From: Podarcis muralis
Lineage: Eukaryota
Assembly: GCF_964188315.1 (NCBI RefSeq)
Contig: NC_135665.1
Span: forward strand, 27,962,001 to 28,026,000
Reading direction: 5' to 3'
DNA length: 64,000 bases
Made by a program: the position numbers and the translations under genes. The notes under the pieces were generated by a model. It had not been told where the DNA came from. It made no database searches and was given only the letters and a program-made list of their open reading frames with translations. The number at the start of each line of letters is the position of its first letter. Positions within the stretch are counted from its first letter, which is position 1. Positions 22,994-36,926 of this stretch are shown here, one piece after another.

Positions 22994-24296
22994 AGGTAAG
23001 AGGAGAAGATTTACTACAACTTGTGATAGCAAAGCACTCAGTTTAACTATGAGCAGCATGGAGGAACTGATTCCTTTTGTCTGTCCTGAGTCTTCACTCA
23101 GCTTCATTGCATGGCCCCAGGTTTCTTTATTGTAAAGTTGAGCAGCTCCAGCTGCTTCCACCAATTCAAGCACCGAATCAGTCTAGTTGATACACAGCAG
23201 TTAATGGCAAGGGAAAGCTAATTCATTTTTAAGAGCATATTACAATCTGAGCCTAAGCATGTTCACTCCAAAGTAGGTCACCCTGAGTTCAATAGGACTT
23301 TATAGTGAGTAAGCAAACTTGCTTGCAAGTGTAATAGGTAACAGATCTATTTTTTAAAAAGCCCATTTGGTATGAGCAGCTAGTAGATAATACTGAATGC
23401 AGTTTGTGTTTATATTGCTTTGCACTTCCCAAAGCATTAAGAGGTTCCTGGATAGTTTTGCATTTTCCTGTTTAAGGGAAAAGTACAATAAACCGAAGGT
23501 GTTGTTTTGTTTTAAATTCTCTTTATTTGCAGCTGGGTATGGGCTGATCATCGAAATGGCCAAGAAAATCTGTTGCACTGATTACTTGTTAATTTGTATT
23601 CATTGTTAGTAGCCAATCTAAAGCTGAAAGAAAGCTTTGAAGGAAAGCACAACGCAGCTCACAATAGTTTTGTTTTTACATTCCTAGATGTAAAGTATGT
23701 GAAAATATATTCCATCAAAATCAATAGGATTTGCAAACACTGTTTGATCTTCAGGAAGACAACAGTAATGCAGAGTCCCATATTATTATTATTTCACAAA
23801 TTCTTGTTCATATTGAAACTTAACTCCAGATCATTTCTTTTTCTTTCCTCCCTGATCTTTAAATCATCCCAATCTCATCCCTTTTTTATTCCGTATCAGA
23901 TAAAAAGTCCTCCCATCTTCCTGCCCAACAATCTGTGTCACATCCCAGCTGCCAGCCTCACCATCCAACCCTGTGGATGTTTATCAATATGAAGGCTGCC
24001 TCCAGATGCTCAGAAAGCCCTTTTATGTTCAGAAACAGCCAATCAGTCTTCTTCATGACTCAGAAAAACAGGTCTAAGGGCATTGTTCCCTCAGCAGGGT
24101 AGCATCTCAGCAGCTGACAGGACTCGGATTACCTAACTATAGCAAACACAAAGAGCAGAAAAGTCACAGAAAGCAATAGGATTTTGATTGACGAGTCAAC
24201 CTATTCCAATACTTATGATGTATTGGTTTGTTGTGGAGGGAGCAGATGTTGTGTGTTTGGTTCTGGTAATTACACACATACTTGAAAGGGTTAGAA

Positions 24297-24403
24297 CATG
24301 TTTGGAAACCTGTGGCTCTCCAGATGTTGTTGAACTGCACCTCCCATCATGATTGTGGGAGCTGGATGCCCACATCTGGAGGGTCACAGCTTCCCCACCC
24401 CCT
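24297..24403. mobile_element. Short hAT-type MITE remnant
   Basis: CTCCAGATG ... CATCTGGAG internal inversion; ends CCCCTG. Same family as 36790-36926. Confidence 0.6.
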
Positions 24404-25338
24404 GGTTAAAAGACACAGTAAAGCTTCCAGAAGGTTGTAAAATGTGAGTGTGTGCCTAAGAAGCAGTTGTAGAATCTGGATGTTGATGTGCCAGGACATT
24501 ACAGAAGGAAGCACGGTAACAACAAAGATGCAAAGGAACAATGTCTGAGAAAGCCAGGATCTCATAGGGCTTAAAGGTGTGTGAAGGGTTTTTACCACCA
24601 ATGAGCTTTAAATGGACTTCTCCTGGGCTGTTAATATGAATAGGAAACAGAAGGTGCACAATTTGGGCAGTGCAGGCGTGATTCCACATTAGGCATTTAC
24701 TTTGCAGTAGCCGGGATTTGCTCACTCACTTTTGCCCGATCATTGTTCTCCTGTGTTTTCTCTGTGATTAGGTTTTATGGTCACATAATACAGTGCTTTA
24801 AATGTTTTAAGTTTCATGTGCTGAAAATGCCCACAATCTTTTCAGGGCCAGGTCTGGGAGGGCAGGAAGAATGCTGGGACAAGGACAACATAGTTGAAGA
24901 GGCAAAATTGTATCTCATAGCCCTGCATTGGACCTGAGAAATATATGACAGGTAAGGGTGGAGATCATTAAGAGTCTTGAGTTCCTGCAGATGTCGAGAG
25001 CGTCATCACTTGGGGGAGAAGCTCTGGTATTAGTACCAGAAAACCAGTAACAGAGAGACTGTCTGGAATTGATTAGACCAGAGTTAAGAACAGGGCCTCA
25101 TTTTTTACTGGAATATTGTTTCTGCAGCTATGTTGGTGTTTCACTTATGAAACATGTCAGCTGTGGGCAACTGGTGCGTGTTCTGCAACACCTGTTTATG
25201 TGCATCCTGGCCCAACTGTAGGAAGTACCAACCCACTTTCCATGGGTGTAATGACTGGATGAGAGACAGGAACTGCATAGAACAGCCACCAGCCAAACTC
25301 GTTTTCACCATCAGATTCTGAGAAGTTGGGATGTGCGT

Positions 25339-25478
25339 GGGTATCTCGGTTGGTGAGCATGGTGCTGATAATGTCAAGGCTTCAGGTTCGATTCCCTTAT
25401 GGGATAGGTGCATATACCTGCATTGCAGGGAGTTGGACTAGATGATCCTCATGGTCCCTTCTGACTCTACAATTCTAT
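25339..25478 (+). mobile_element. tRNA-Ile-headed SINE with CR1-type tail
   Basis: TCTCGGTTGGTGAGCATGGTGCTGATAATGTCAAGG...GGTTCGATTCCC aligns to tRNA-Ile. Same CCTGCATTGCAGGG...GGACTAGATGA tail as 19510. Confidence 0.75.
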
Positions 25479-26000
25479 CATCTAAGTCTATGGAATCTCA
25501 TAAACAGGGCCAACGTATTTCCAGGCACTGACTGTTGTTTGCTGGGGTATCCCAAGTTCTTTCAGTGTTCAACTCCAGGAAAGGAATGACAACTTGGGGA
25601 GGGGAAAGCTTTCAGCCAGCAAAGGAAGCCAAAAGAGTGTATTTCCTAAAAACTTTGAAGTGAGACAAGGGGCACTTCCAGACTTTTGCTATTTTCAGCT
25701 GAGATTCAGTAACACACAGGAAAATGCATAATTAATAGTGACAGAGAGCTTTTGTGAAAGGAACATGTTGCCCCACCCCCATGATTTATTTATTTTTGCA
25801 ATCAGGAAAGTGTTGGGGAGTATGCACTGCAAAGTGTAGTGTAACACTTACTTAATGCAATGTTGTATAACCACCCCTCAAAAAAATATTTTATTATTAT
25901 TATTGAATTTATATACCGCCCTATACCCGGAAGACTCAGGATGAACTAAATCAAGATATAAAACCACAAAATTTGCTCAACAAATTGCCGACAGCATCTA

Positions 26001-26215
26001 CAGTGGTACCTCAGGTTAAGAACTTAATTTGTTCTGGAGGTCCGTTCTTAATCTGAAACTGTTCTTAACCTGAGGTACCACTTTAGCTAATGGGGCCTCC
26101 CGCCGCCGCCGCACAATTTCTGTTCTCATCCTGAAGCAAAGTTCTTAACCCGAGGTACTATTTCTGGGTTAGCAGAGTCTGTAACCTGAAGCGTCTGTAA
26201 CCTGAGGTACCACTG
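26001..26215. mobile_element. Tc1/mariner MITE, copy 3
   Basis: TA|CAGTGGTACCTCAGG ... CCTGAGGTACCACTG|TA. Confidence 0.92.
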
Positions 26216-26549
26216 TAATTCCAGTGCAAACTTTGTGAAAACAAATCAGGATGAATGCTCAAGAAGCAGGATGTTTGGAAGTGACCCGAGAATCCTTAGT
26301 CAAAAGGATTCTCTATCAGTTAATGCCTAAACAGAGACCTTCAGCATGAAACCTATGCTCTTAATCATTATGCTCTTGCTAAGGTGTACTGAATGTGATG
26401 CCATCCAGAGGTTTTGGTACTCCCAATTCCAGGATGGGCTGATGGGAGATGGAAGTTCAAAACATCTGAAGGGCAACACACTGGCACTACAGGCCCTGGA
26501 CTTTCCTGAACTGCAGAGGGCATCATGTCTAGGCAAAGCAACTGCAACA

Positions 26550-26850
26550 GTCCGTTTTCTTGACCAGGGAGATGGAGGAAAATGCTGCTTTTATCTCCCA
26601 GTTCCATATGTGAGGAGCAGCAGAAAAGCACCACTTCTGTTTGTGACTCATGATAATGAAACGGTTATCCAAGTTGCTGCTTCACATTATAGAATACGCC
26701 TGGATTCATTCAGCCATGTGAAACAAATTTCTGAGATGCCAAATGTGTGCTGCAGGATAGTCCCTTGGGGCAGAAGGAATAACATTTGTGCCGCTCTTCT
26801 AATACCCATCAGCCCGGGAAAGAGAACGTATCTGGCATCACGTTTAGTCT
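26550..26850 (-). mobile_element. Old L2 ORF2 C-terminal remnant
   Basis: Minus frame FSAAPHIWNWEIKAAFSSISLVKKT resembles the L2 end RAFSxxAPxLWNxLPxEIR. Confidence 0.5.
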
Positions 26851-27688
26851 AATAAACATGATGATAATATGAATAAAATTTCCTTAAGCATTCGGCAGCA
26901 TGTATTTACTACTACAAGCCTATCAGTGCTGTCAGGTTGCATAAGGGAAGTCGTATCAGAGGACAGCCGCATAGGGAGTCCGTTATGTAACAAGATGAAG
27001 GCAATGGAAGCCTGGTACCCGACTGTAATTCCTCTAACAGTATTGACTGCCAGCTTATCCACTGACTCCCCCCCCCCCATTTCTTCCCATGTTATCCACA
27101 AAACGTACACCGTATCTTAACCTACAGCTGCTCCGAAAGCCACCTGGACGGGAGGAGGTCTATGGCTAGGCAGCTCCGAAGCTTTCTTGTATTTAAATAT
27201 GCTGAGTGAGAATCAAAAAGCCACAGTCTCCAACCATCTGGCGATCAATAATTCAGGATCTCACCGGTTAGATTAGGCCTAGGTTACCCTAAGTTCCTCT
27301 GTAAGGCAGGCACCAAGTTGTCTTTTAAGAAAAGCTAATTTTGCTGATTACAGCAAACCTCATTTATAAATTGTTTATTGTTTATTCCCTTTCCCTAGCC
27401 TTAATAAATGATTAAGGCGGCTCCATTGGCTTTTAAGGGCATGCAAGTGTTCTGGAACATAATGGGGCACTCCTTGAAAACAGTCATGACAGTCTCCGAG
27501 CACATTTGCTCACAGCCCTGACTAATATGAGTTGCTGATCATTTTTGAGGGGGGTGGGGGAGAAGGAAGAAGAATACCCCCAAATCGCATTAGATGGCTT
27601 TACAGTTCAAGTTAAAGCATTTGCTAGACATTTAAGCTTTGGTACTTTCTTAGACTTCGCATGATAAGACCACACTATGAGATGTTAA

Positions 27689-28047
27689 GGGACGCGGGTG
27701 GTGCTGTGGGTAAAAGCCTCAGCGCCTAGGGCTTGCCGATCGAAAGGTCGGCGCTTCGAATCCCCGCGGTGGGGTGCGCTCCCGCTGCTCGGTCCCAGCG
27801 CCTGCCAACCTAGCAGTTCGAAAGCACCTCCGGGTGCAAGTAGATAAATAGGGACCGCTTACTGGCGGGAAGGTAAACGGCATTCCGTGTGCTGCGCTGG
27901 CTCGCCAGATGCAGCTTGTCACGCTGGCCACGTGACCCGGAAGTGTCTTCGGACAGCGCTGGCCCCCGGCCTATAGAGTGAGATGGGCGCACAACCCTAG
28001 AGTCTGTCAAGACTGGCCCGTACGGGCAGGGGTACCTTTACCTTTAC
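27689..28047 (+). mobile_element. Sauria SINE (young type A)
   Basis: Full length; TSD TATGAGATG(T/A)TAA. Confidence 0.95.
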
Positions 28048-30373
28048 TTATGAGATGATAATAAAAGACAAAACACAGCATCATGTTATGAACAGTGCAG
28101 CTATTTACACACCATTGCTTATTTGGGGAGGTTGCTTGTTAATCAGCCTTAATGGTCAGCCAATGTCTCTTTGTAGGAGGAGATACTGATTAGTATTTTT
28201 TAAATTTATATTAGTCTAGAGAGATCTCTCGTTTTTCAATGGGGGAGCCACCAGGGGATAGGGAAATGACTTCCAAGCTAAGGAAAGGGGGCAGTTGTGT
28301 AGGTGGGTGTACAAAGAAACAGTTGCTTGGTAGCCTGGGAACAGATGGTGGCGGGTGAGAGATGAGCAGAAGGCTGGACCTGGGGGTGGTGTCACATGGG
28401 GATCCTATGTGAAGTAGTGAATCTGCTACGCAGTAGGAGCACAGACAGTTTGCTTCCACTTATGCTCTTCCTGTATATTTGTAAATCAGCAGTATTACAA
28501 AGACATGTGTCTCCAGCATTAATGCTTAGCAACTTGGAGCATCACTGTAATCGGAGGGAGCAATCCTTTGCACAAGAACATGGCAGAAAGCATGCTGGTG
28601 TGAGTTAAGCCGATGTAAAATTATACACAATCCAAACCCTGTTCAGTAGCAGGGCTGCTGTACTCTGCCTAATCCTGACAGAGGGGAAATGGTGTTCTAT
28701 GTCAGGTTGCCAGGTCATGTGACCAAGCTAAATAGGCTAAGATCCAGCCTAAGTGCCCCACTTTCTGGTCCTGCCCTGCCACACCCCTTTTTTGATGACT
28801 TCCACTGGCCTTGGCTCATTCAAGGGAAAAAAGAAAATATAGAAAGGAGAATTCCTGGATGCCAAGATCCAAGTTTGGGGGAAGTACTCTTTGGTGAGAA
28901 AAACCCAGCAGAGATTTAAAGTCATAAAATATGCAGCAAGGTAAAGTGCAAAAATATAGGCTGTTAGATCTTTAAAATATGTGTTTTAAAGTGAGTTCCA
29001 AAGTTTCCTTCTCTTAGCGTAGGAAAAGACCACATGTTAAAAATTTTAAAAATGGTTTTCTTACAAATTCTCCAAAGGTCAGCTTCAGAAAGCTCCACAG
29101 GCAATAAAACCTGGCTTAGTATAAAAAATGGAGAAAGTTCCTAAATTATTGGTATAGGACCTCAAGAGTGGCTTGTGAGAGCCATGCAGTCTGAGCTGGA
29201 GCAACCAGCTGAAACATCTTCACACATGGAGCTTCTTAGGTAGACTGGGAAGAACAAAGGCTTGATTACCCAGTTCCTCCCAAGGTGAGGGGAAGTGGAC
29301 ATAGTTAAGCCTGGCAGGACAGCTTATTCTATGGTATTAACCCCTTCATGCATTAATTAGACCTAAGTATGTTAGTATATGAGGCTGTATAACCCACAGG
29401 TTTAGCTTATCCAGGATGAGCGAGTTACACCAGTGTATCTTCAGCTGAGCCACAGTTGGAGATTTAATGCCGTGGTGCACATTGCACCTTTTCCACAGAT
29501 GTGAGAGTTTTGACAACTCTCAAACATCACAGCACCACAGTCATGGATTGTGGCTAACATCCTGTGTACATGGCTTCAAACACTGGTGGCGAGAGGGCCC
29601 TGGGGCCAGAGCAAATGGATGCGGGTCCACAGCCTTAGATGGGGTTTTCCAGTCCAGGAAAATGTGTATGCAGCAACCCATTGCTATATATCTGATGCTG
29701 GACTGACGCCAGTGCATTTATGCTTCAATAAAATGCAATGTGCAGAATCGCATCCATTCCATTACAAGAGAATTACATTTAGACAACGCATTCCTTCCTC
29801 TGTTCAGCGAGGGGATAAATGTCCACTGACAATCTGTTTAAGCAGAACAAATAAACAGCATATGCATTTCTATAAACCTCTTTCCTGAAACCCTAAGCAA
29901 TCTAGTTTAAGATATTCAGTCAATTGGCAAAGACAAATGGAAGAGGAAACAAAAATATGTTTCTTTGGCTTCTAACCAAAGCTGCAGGGAATCCAAGAAC
30001 TGTTTGAGAATCAGTTTCATTTTAGTTTGTAAATGGTAATGAAACATAAGATGATGTCTATCAGAGAAAATGAATGCACACGAACACACTCATACTAGGA
30101 GGAAGACACAGTACTTTTAGCTGACAAACTAAGTTGCTTTAAATTAACCTCAGGCCTTCCTCTAGCACTTTTTTAAAGCAAAAACTACCAAACACTGCAA
30201 GAATGAAGTCTGTCTCCAATATATTTTCCTTTGGCTTGTACCCAATGGTTTGGCAAACAGAAGGCAGCTTCCATAACTGATCTTTCTCTTCTATTCCTCC
30301 CCCTCTGCATACTCAAAAAAGCCTCTCCAGAGGGAATGAGGGCAGAGTGTTCCTGAACAGTGTGGGCTGTGGT

Positions 30374-30529
30374 CACATCCACACCAAACATTTAAATAAC
30401 ATGTCTTCCCCCAAGCAATCCTGGGAACTCTAGCTTGTTAAGGGTGCTAGGAATTGTAGTTTTGTGAGGGGTAACTACAGTTCCCAGGATTCTTTGGGGG
30501 AAGCCCCGTGCTTCAAACATATGGTGTGG
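30374..30529. mobile_element. Internally deleted palindromic MITE (17597 family)
   Basis: CACATCCACACCAAACATTTAAA ... TTCAAACATATGGTGTGG. Confidence 0.7.
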
Positions 30530-33142
30530 TTATATGGGGAGGCAGTGGGAGGGAACAATTGGGCACACAAATCTTGCACGAGTGGAGTTGTGCTGGTGCT
30601 CCCTACAATTCCAGGTGATTTCCCCTTTTCAATTTGCAGGCTTCTACGGCATGGCTCACACCACTCACGAACTCCCACCCTTTGGAGAGGCTGATACCCC
30701 ATAGGGTACAGAAACATGGTGAGGAAGGAAAAGAGGAAGAGGAAGATTAATTGCATTACATTGTGTCCCTCTTACACTATAATTGAATGGAGCTCAATAT
30801 TTTAATTTATTTACTCCCCACCTTCTAATCATAGGGATTCATGAGGCAGCTAATAGAAAACTACAACAAAATTTTAAGAACATAAACAGCAACTGAAACT
30901 AATTGGCAACAGAAACCAACTATTAATAGCAGCACCAGACTGTGTTCAAAGTAGCAGAAAAGGTTTCAGATTCTTTTTATAACAAGACAGTAAGGAGGGA
31001 GATTGATGGAGGGACAAGGGAGGGGTTTTCTTCATGTGAGGTGCTACAGTAAAAAGGCAGTGTTCCTCACTGGTACCCTTCAGAAGGTGAGGTCACTCAG
31101 AGAAGGACCTCTGAAGAAGATATCAAAGGTCAGGTGTGCTCATATGAGAAGCTTGGTTCCAAGCTCTTTAAAGTTGCAATCCTATAGCCCAATGGTAGGC
31201 CCATTTTATTCAGCCCTTTGGGTCCTCTCCCCCCATTGGGTGCAGCCAAGAAGCAAAAAGGCCTTGATGTTGTGCATAGTATGCAACTACAACTCCTTCA
31301 GCAAGAAGATAAAAGCAGAGGGGGAAAGGTCTCAATAGAGAGTTAGACTGTGCCCCTTGCAAATATGTAAGAACAACCAAGAGACAGACTTGTGTTCCTT
31401 GCAAACCTTCAAAAATGTTGATGCATTTTGCCATTGCTTGCACTCATGTAATTTTCAAGATGCAATTACATTTTGAAGTTCTGGGAGTTTGAAGGGCTGT
31501 CCATTCAGAAGAATGTTTGCATTCAGTCTGGATTTTTTCATACCTTTCCTTTTAGTAGCTCCCATAGAGCTTTCTCACTTCTCCCACTGACAAAAAAACC
31601 CAAACCTATAAAGGAGTATTTGATAGTCATGACAAACATACTGCTTTCTGTGAATTTAGTGGTGGAGAAAAAAGCATCCTTTGTCTGAAAAAATAGAAAA
31701 AAACCAACATGGTAAGAAACTGTACCTACCAATTTTAATTTGCTTTCCACTAGGTAAATGATTGCAATATTGGGTGTAACATTTCCCTCACCACTTCCCC
31801 TTGAATAAACTGCTTTAGCTCACCATCTGTCTTAAAATGTGCATTAGGAAATGTGAATGTTGTGGCAATCTTGCAGCAAACTGAAAAACCAAAAGTTACC
31901 TAAAAGAGACAGTTACCTAAGATTCTTTACAGAAAGTGCAACCTAGGGGTTGAAATATCTGAAGCAACAGCACAATGGAACTTAAGCAGTTATATTTCAT
32001 TCCCCCCACCCCTCCAGAAGCTCCTTTTAATCCACATAATTATTCATTGGATGCCCCCCCCATTTTTATACCAGCTTCTTCAAAAAGCTTCCTGAGTTGT
32101 GGAAGCTAACAGATGGCAAGAAAAAGATGTCTACCTAGTCTTCGGAACAAGCTTTTGATATATTGTATTGTTCCTGTTTGGCTTTCCTTGCATAGATTCT
32201 TTGTAACTTCATACAAGAGGTTAAGGGCACTTAAACATCTATGCAAATCATTCTTCCCTTTTGAAAATAAGCCAAGGAAAGTGACCGGCAAATAGCAACA
32301 CTCCTGTATAGATGACATGACTTGCAAGTGGGCGTTTGATTCATAAGTCTCATCTTCTGAGAGAAGCAGATGCATCCATCATAATTGCTTTGGTTGTTTG
32401 CTGGAAAAGCATCTCTAAAGTTCAAGAACAAATGTTCTCACTGAGAATTACCAATAGAAAAGACAGATAATACATCAGCAATGATTCTTTCTCCCCCCAA
32501 AGCATCACCCTCCTATAAAATCTCAGTAGTATATAACTATATCTACAATTTCTCATATCAGGCTGCTAAAATCTCATTAGTAATGAGTGCTTCTGGAAAC
32601 AATTTACCATTATGTGTCAGCCTAGTGCTTTAAATATTTGTGTTTCTTTTGATTTATACATCTGTCTTAAGCTAGGTGTGTTTCAGCAATTATGCTCAAG
32701 GAAGACAGCTTTCTCTTTCCTGTCCCTCCCTCCAAAATGGCATGGTATCAATGAGACAGTCATGGGTCTGGATGGAAATAATTCTATGCAGCCTCAAAAG
32801 TTGACAAACTAAACACTCCCAAGCCTCACTCAATTCAGTGGTATTTTTTTGAAAAAGCATGGATAGGACTGAATTCTGATAAATGCAATTTGTGCATGTG
32901 GAACCAGCTCCAGGCTTATTTATGTATTTAGTTAGTTATTTTCAACATGTAGTGTACCTATCCGCCAAGGAAAGTGAAGTTGACCGAAAGCTTGTTTTCC
33001 TTTTTTGCTGTCTCCATTGGATGGTGAGCTTACGGGCAGGGACTGTCTTTAATACCTGTACAATTAATGTTAATTTCTTAATATAAGTTATCAGGCCAAA
33101 GGACCATCTAGCCCAATATCCTGCTCTCACATTGGCCAACCC

Positions 33143-33371
33143 TGTGGTGTAGTGGTTAAGAGCGGTAGTCTCGTAATCTGGGGAACCGGGTTCGCGTCTC
33201 CGCTCCTCCACATGCAGCTGCTGGGTGACCTTGGGCCAGTCACACTTCTTTGAAGTCTCTCAGCCCCACTCACCTCACAGAGTGTTTGTTGTGGGGGAGG
33301 AAGGGAAAGGAGAATGTTGACCGCTTTGAGACTCCTGAAGGGGAGTGAAAGGCGGGATATCAAATCCAAAC
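33143..33371 (+). mobile_element. CORE/MIR-derived SINE (Squam3-like), inserted in a minus-strand CR1 remnant
   Basis: TGTGGTGTAGTGGTTAAGAG tRNA head, GCTGGGTGACCTTGGGCCAGTCAC CORE-like segment, L2-like tail; near-identical to 61965. Confidence 0.88.
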
Positions 33372-35051
33372 CTGCCAGCAAGACCTGAGTGCAACAGCAC
33401 CCTCAAGTTCAGTGTTGCGTACATGTACCATAAAAACTGAGTAAACAAAGAGCACTACATTCCATAATAAATGCCTCACCTGGAAGCATCCCTAGTCATA
33501 TTATTTCCCAGTCACCTGTTCAGAGCTCATCTTCTTACAATTCCATGCCTGATCATACATAAATCCTCATCTCTGAGGTAGATGTTGGCAATAAAAAGAT
33601 CCCATCTTGTTCAGTTCACAACACAACAGTAAATCATTTACCTGCTTCCGAGACCGTTCCTTGTGTTTTTGGCAGACATTTAGATCCTAAATGTCCTTTC
33701 CTAATCAAGATAAGTTAACAAGGGAGCACAATATGATCTAACCCATGGTGCCCTTCAAAGCCAATGGCCAGAAAAAGAAAAAGATTCTAAAATACTGTGT
33801 CTGCTTTTTTACATGGGGAGCATGGTTGCTGTGTTCAGGTTTGCCAAATGAAGCCTACTTTGTGAACATCTTCTGTAGCTAATTTAGACATCAAAAATAA
33901 GGATAAGTTGGAGGACTCCGGTGACAACTAGTTCGCTGTCCCAGGCGGATAACCTGAAAAAAAAAACCCCCAGAGAAGATTCAATTTTGTGCTCAGTGCC
34001 CATGAACAGTCCAGGAGTTGCAGATTCAGCAGTGTGCACCTGAAATTAAAGACAAACACAGAAGCTGTGCGTGGTTTAGCAATTTAGAGGAATAAGGCTA
34101 AGGAAGCCAGATTGTACATCCTTAGGCTGCAGCTGTTAGGAAGAATTTTGCTGGGGATATGGCATTCAGAGCACCTGAGGGAAGGAAGACATTGTTGCAA
34201 TCCAAGAGAAGGCAGTGGAGGTTTCGATGAGAGAGAATGAGGGAGAGAAATCAGATGTCAGAGACCCTTATTAGAAGTCAGGGCAATGCTTTGCTCAAGA
34301 AGAAGGTAAACTATTAAAACAGCAGCGTCTCACACTGAAACTATTCCCGGTGCTCCCGCAGCAACCCCAAGTAACGTGTTTCTATATTAAGTGCAGAATA
34401 AGGCTTAACTGTACTAACAACCTTGCAGTAGGAAAATCCTGCTGAAATTAAATAATCAAAAAAGATAGGTGAGTGGTGATTTTATGAAGTAAACAGTGAT
34501 TGAGGAAAGGAGAGCAAACAGCAGGTCTCTGCGTGAAGTAAATTAATTCATGCTGGAGTTTTATACTCCTGAAGAAATTAAATGGCCCACTTCTTAATCA
34601 GCACTGTTTGCTCCCATGCCCCCATTCTTGTCTTAAACTTTCTTTCCATGTGCAAGTAGCATGATTATTATTTTTAATAGCATCTATTCAAATTTTGTCA
34701 TTCTGTGACAGTACTTCATTTTATTTTTAGACTTTTAAGAGGAACGATTAGTCTTCTTTTAAAAAAATGTTTTCCCCCTTTCATCTTTGCCCATTGCATT
34801 ATTTTTTTTTAGTGGTTTAGATCTCTGTGTGTCTCTCTTCCTAAATAAAATAGAGGCTACAGAATAATACTGGATACTGGCAGAAATTCAAAGACCAGGT
34901 TGGCTAATCCTCATTTTTATATTTAGATCTGGAGCCGTTTCTTTCCCCAAAGGTAACCACATTTGAAATAAATGATATTATACAATTAGATTGAGCCAAG
35001 GCTAAAGAGCAGCCTAAAAAAACGCATTATATTGATTTTGTAAGAAGCATT

Positions 35052-35400
35052 GGAGCAGGTGGCACTGTGGGTTAAACCATAGAGCCTAGGGCTTGCCGGT
35101 CAGAAGGTAGGCGGTTCGAATCCCCGTGATGGGGTGAGCTCCCGTTGCTCGGTCCCTGCTCCTGCCAACCTAGTAGTTCGAAAGCATGTCAAAGTGCAAG
35201 TGGATAAATCGGTACCGCTCCAGCGGGAAGGTAAACAGCGTTTCTGTGCGCTGCTCTGGTTCGCCAGAATCAGCTTAGTCATGCTGGCCACATGACCCGG
35301 AAGCTGTACGCCGGCTCCCTCGGCCTATAAAGCGAGATGAGTGCCACAACCCCAGAGTCGTCCACGACTGGACCTAATGGTCAGGGGTCCTTTTACCTTT
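35052..35400 (+). mobile_element. Sauria SINE (type B)
   Basis: GGTGGCACTGTGGG head, GGTTCGAATCCCC, tail GGGGTCCTTTTACCTTT. Confidence 0.92.
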
Positions 35401-35417
35401 AAAACCTCCACAGTAGA

Positions 35418-35600
35418 TAGGGGAAAGGCTCAGTGGCAGAGTGTTTGTTTTCCTTGCAGAAGGTCTCAGGTTCAACCGCTGACATCTCCAGGTAGGGGAC
35501 CTCTTCCTGAAACCCTGGAGAGACGTTGCTAGTCAGTGTTGGTGATACTGAGCTCGTTGGACCAATGGTCTGACTCAATAAAAGGCAGCTTCAGTATGTA
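35418..35600 (+). mobile_element. tRNA-derived SINE with CR1-type tail
   Basis: GCTCAGTGGCAGAG A-box; tail GGACCAATGGTCTGACTCAATAAAAGGCAGCTTC. Confidence 0.7.
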
Positions 35601-36789
35601 TTGTGCCAAGTACATTGTCAGGGACAAATGGTGGATGTGGGGAGCTGTAACCAAATCTAAATCTAGAGAGTTTATTGCTTTAGTTCAGGTTCCCTAAGGT
35701 CGGTTGCTGCAGCTAAAATCAGGATTTGACCTGAAGAGGAGCAAGCGGAGATGGTACTGCCTGCTTCCCCAAGCAATATCAGAAGGCTAGGCTTCAAGCA
35801 TATATATATCGGACCAGGCCTATCCAGTGCCCTCGTCTTTGCAGCAGGGCTTTATTTAGGTTGCTCAGCCTCCCTGCCTAGCAGCTGACACGTGTTGTAG
35901 TGCAGCCGCTGTCGCTGCCACTTTCCCACACATCATCCAGCCGGCACCAGAACTTCAACTCTAGTTGAAAAGAGAATTATGTGAAGAGATCGCTGGAGAG
36001 CAGGAAAAAATGGGCATTTAGAGGCTTTTTAGAGGGTTCCCCCCACTTACGCAATTCTCGCTTATGTCTGTGGAGGCCCAGAATGTAACCCCCATGTAAG
36101 TTGGAAGGACGCTCTACTCTAATGAGTGCTGAGTGACTGGGTTGCTGTCATTTAAATCCCACACAATGCCCCAGATTGATGCTACTTTGGGCACATAATG
36201 GGAAAATAAAATGGTGGTAGTTCCCACACCCAGCTGCCTGGCCTTCATTGGAGCGCCGGACAAAGAGTGATGAGTCCTACTGGGGCTTGAGGAGTTGGCC
36301 CAAGGGTGCTTCACACTGATGCTGGGCCTGCATATAATACATTGCAATGGCCAAGCTTCAAAAATGAAAATCATGCAGCCATTTATATTGCTACATCTAG
36401 ATCAGTCAGCAGGAAGCAATGCCCATAACTACCATTGATGTCTGAGTTTCAGTCACAGTAAGAGATTCAGAAGCACCCCAAGACTGCGAGGAAAATTCCA
36501 GGGAGCACTTAAGACCATTAGTAATTAGTTTCTTTATTTGCCACCCAGAATGGAAGTGATCACACACTTACTTGTGAGTTACAGTGCACTCCTAGGTGTG
36601 TCTAATTAGAAATAAGCCCCGCTGAATTCAATGCTACTCTCAGATAAGTGTGCATAGAGTTTGTCTTAGTTTTATTGACCTCAGTGGGGCTTACCACTTA
36701 ATATGATTGCACTGTTAGCCACCTTGCAGACGTCCTATTCCAGCACTTGGATCCAATTAGGCATGGTTTGGATCACAAGCAGGTGGAGC

Positions 36790-36926
36790 TGGGCACCCCC
36801 CAACCTGTGGCCCTCCAGATGTTTTGGCCTACAACTCCCATGATCCCTAGCTAACAGGACCAGTGGTCAGGGATGATGGGAATTGTAGTCCAAAACTTCT
36901 GGAGGGCCGAAGGTTGGGTATGCCTG
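36790..36926. mobile_element. Short hAT-type MITE
   Basis: GGCACCCCCAACC / GGTTGGGTATGCCTG ends; CTACAACTCCCAT / ATGGGAATTGTAG internal inversion. Confidence 0.75.

Noticed and set aside
26346-26852. 168-aa plus-strand ORF with a signal-peptide-like start
   Set aside because: No recognisable homology, and the opposite strand carries a degraded L2 ORF2 C-terminal motif.
33143-33210. tRNA-like sequences as tRNA genes (also 19510, 25339, 54987, 61965 and the Sauria heads)
   Set aside because: All run directly into SINE bodies and lack an intact cloverleaf and a Pol III terminator.
33900-33975. Strong minus-strand splice acceptor (T11-CAG) at about 33952
   Set aside because: All three frames stop within about 25 codons and no peptide was recognised; a poly-T tract alone is weak evidence.
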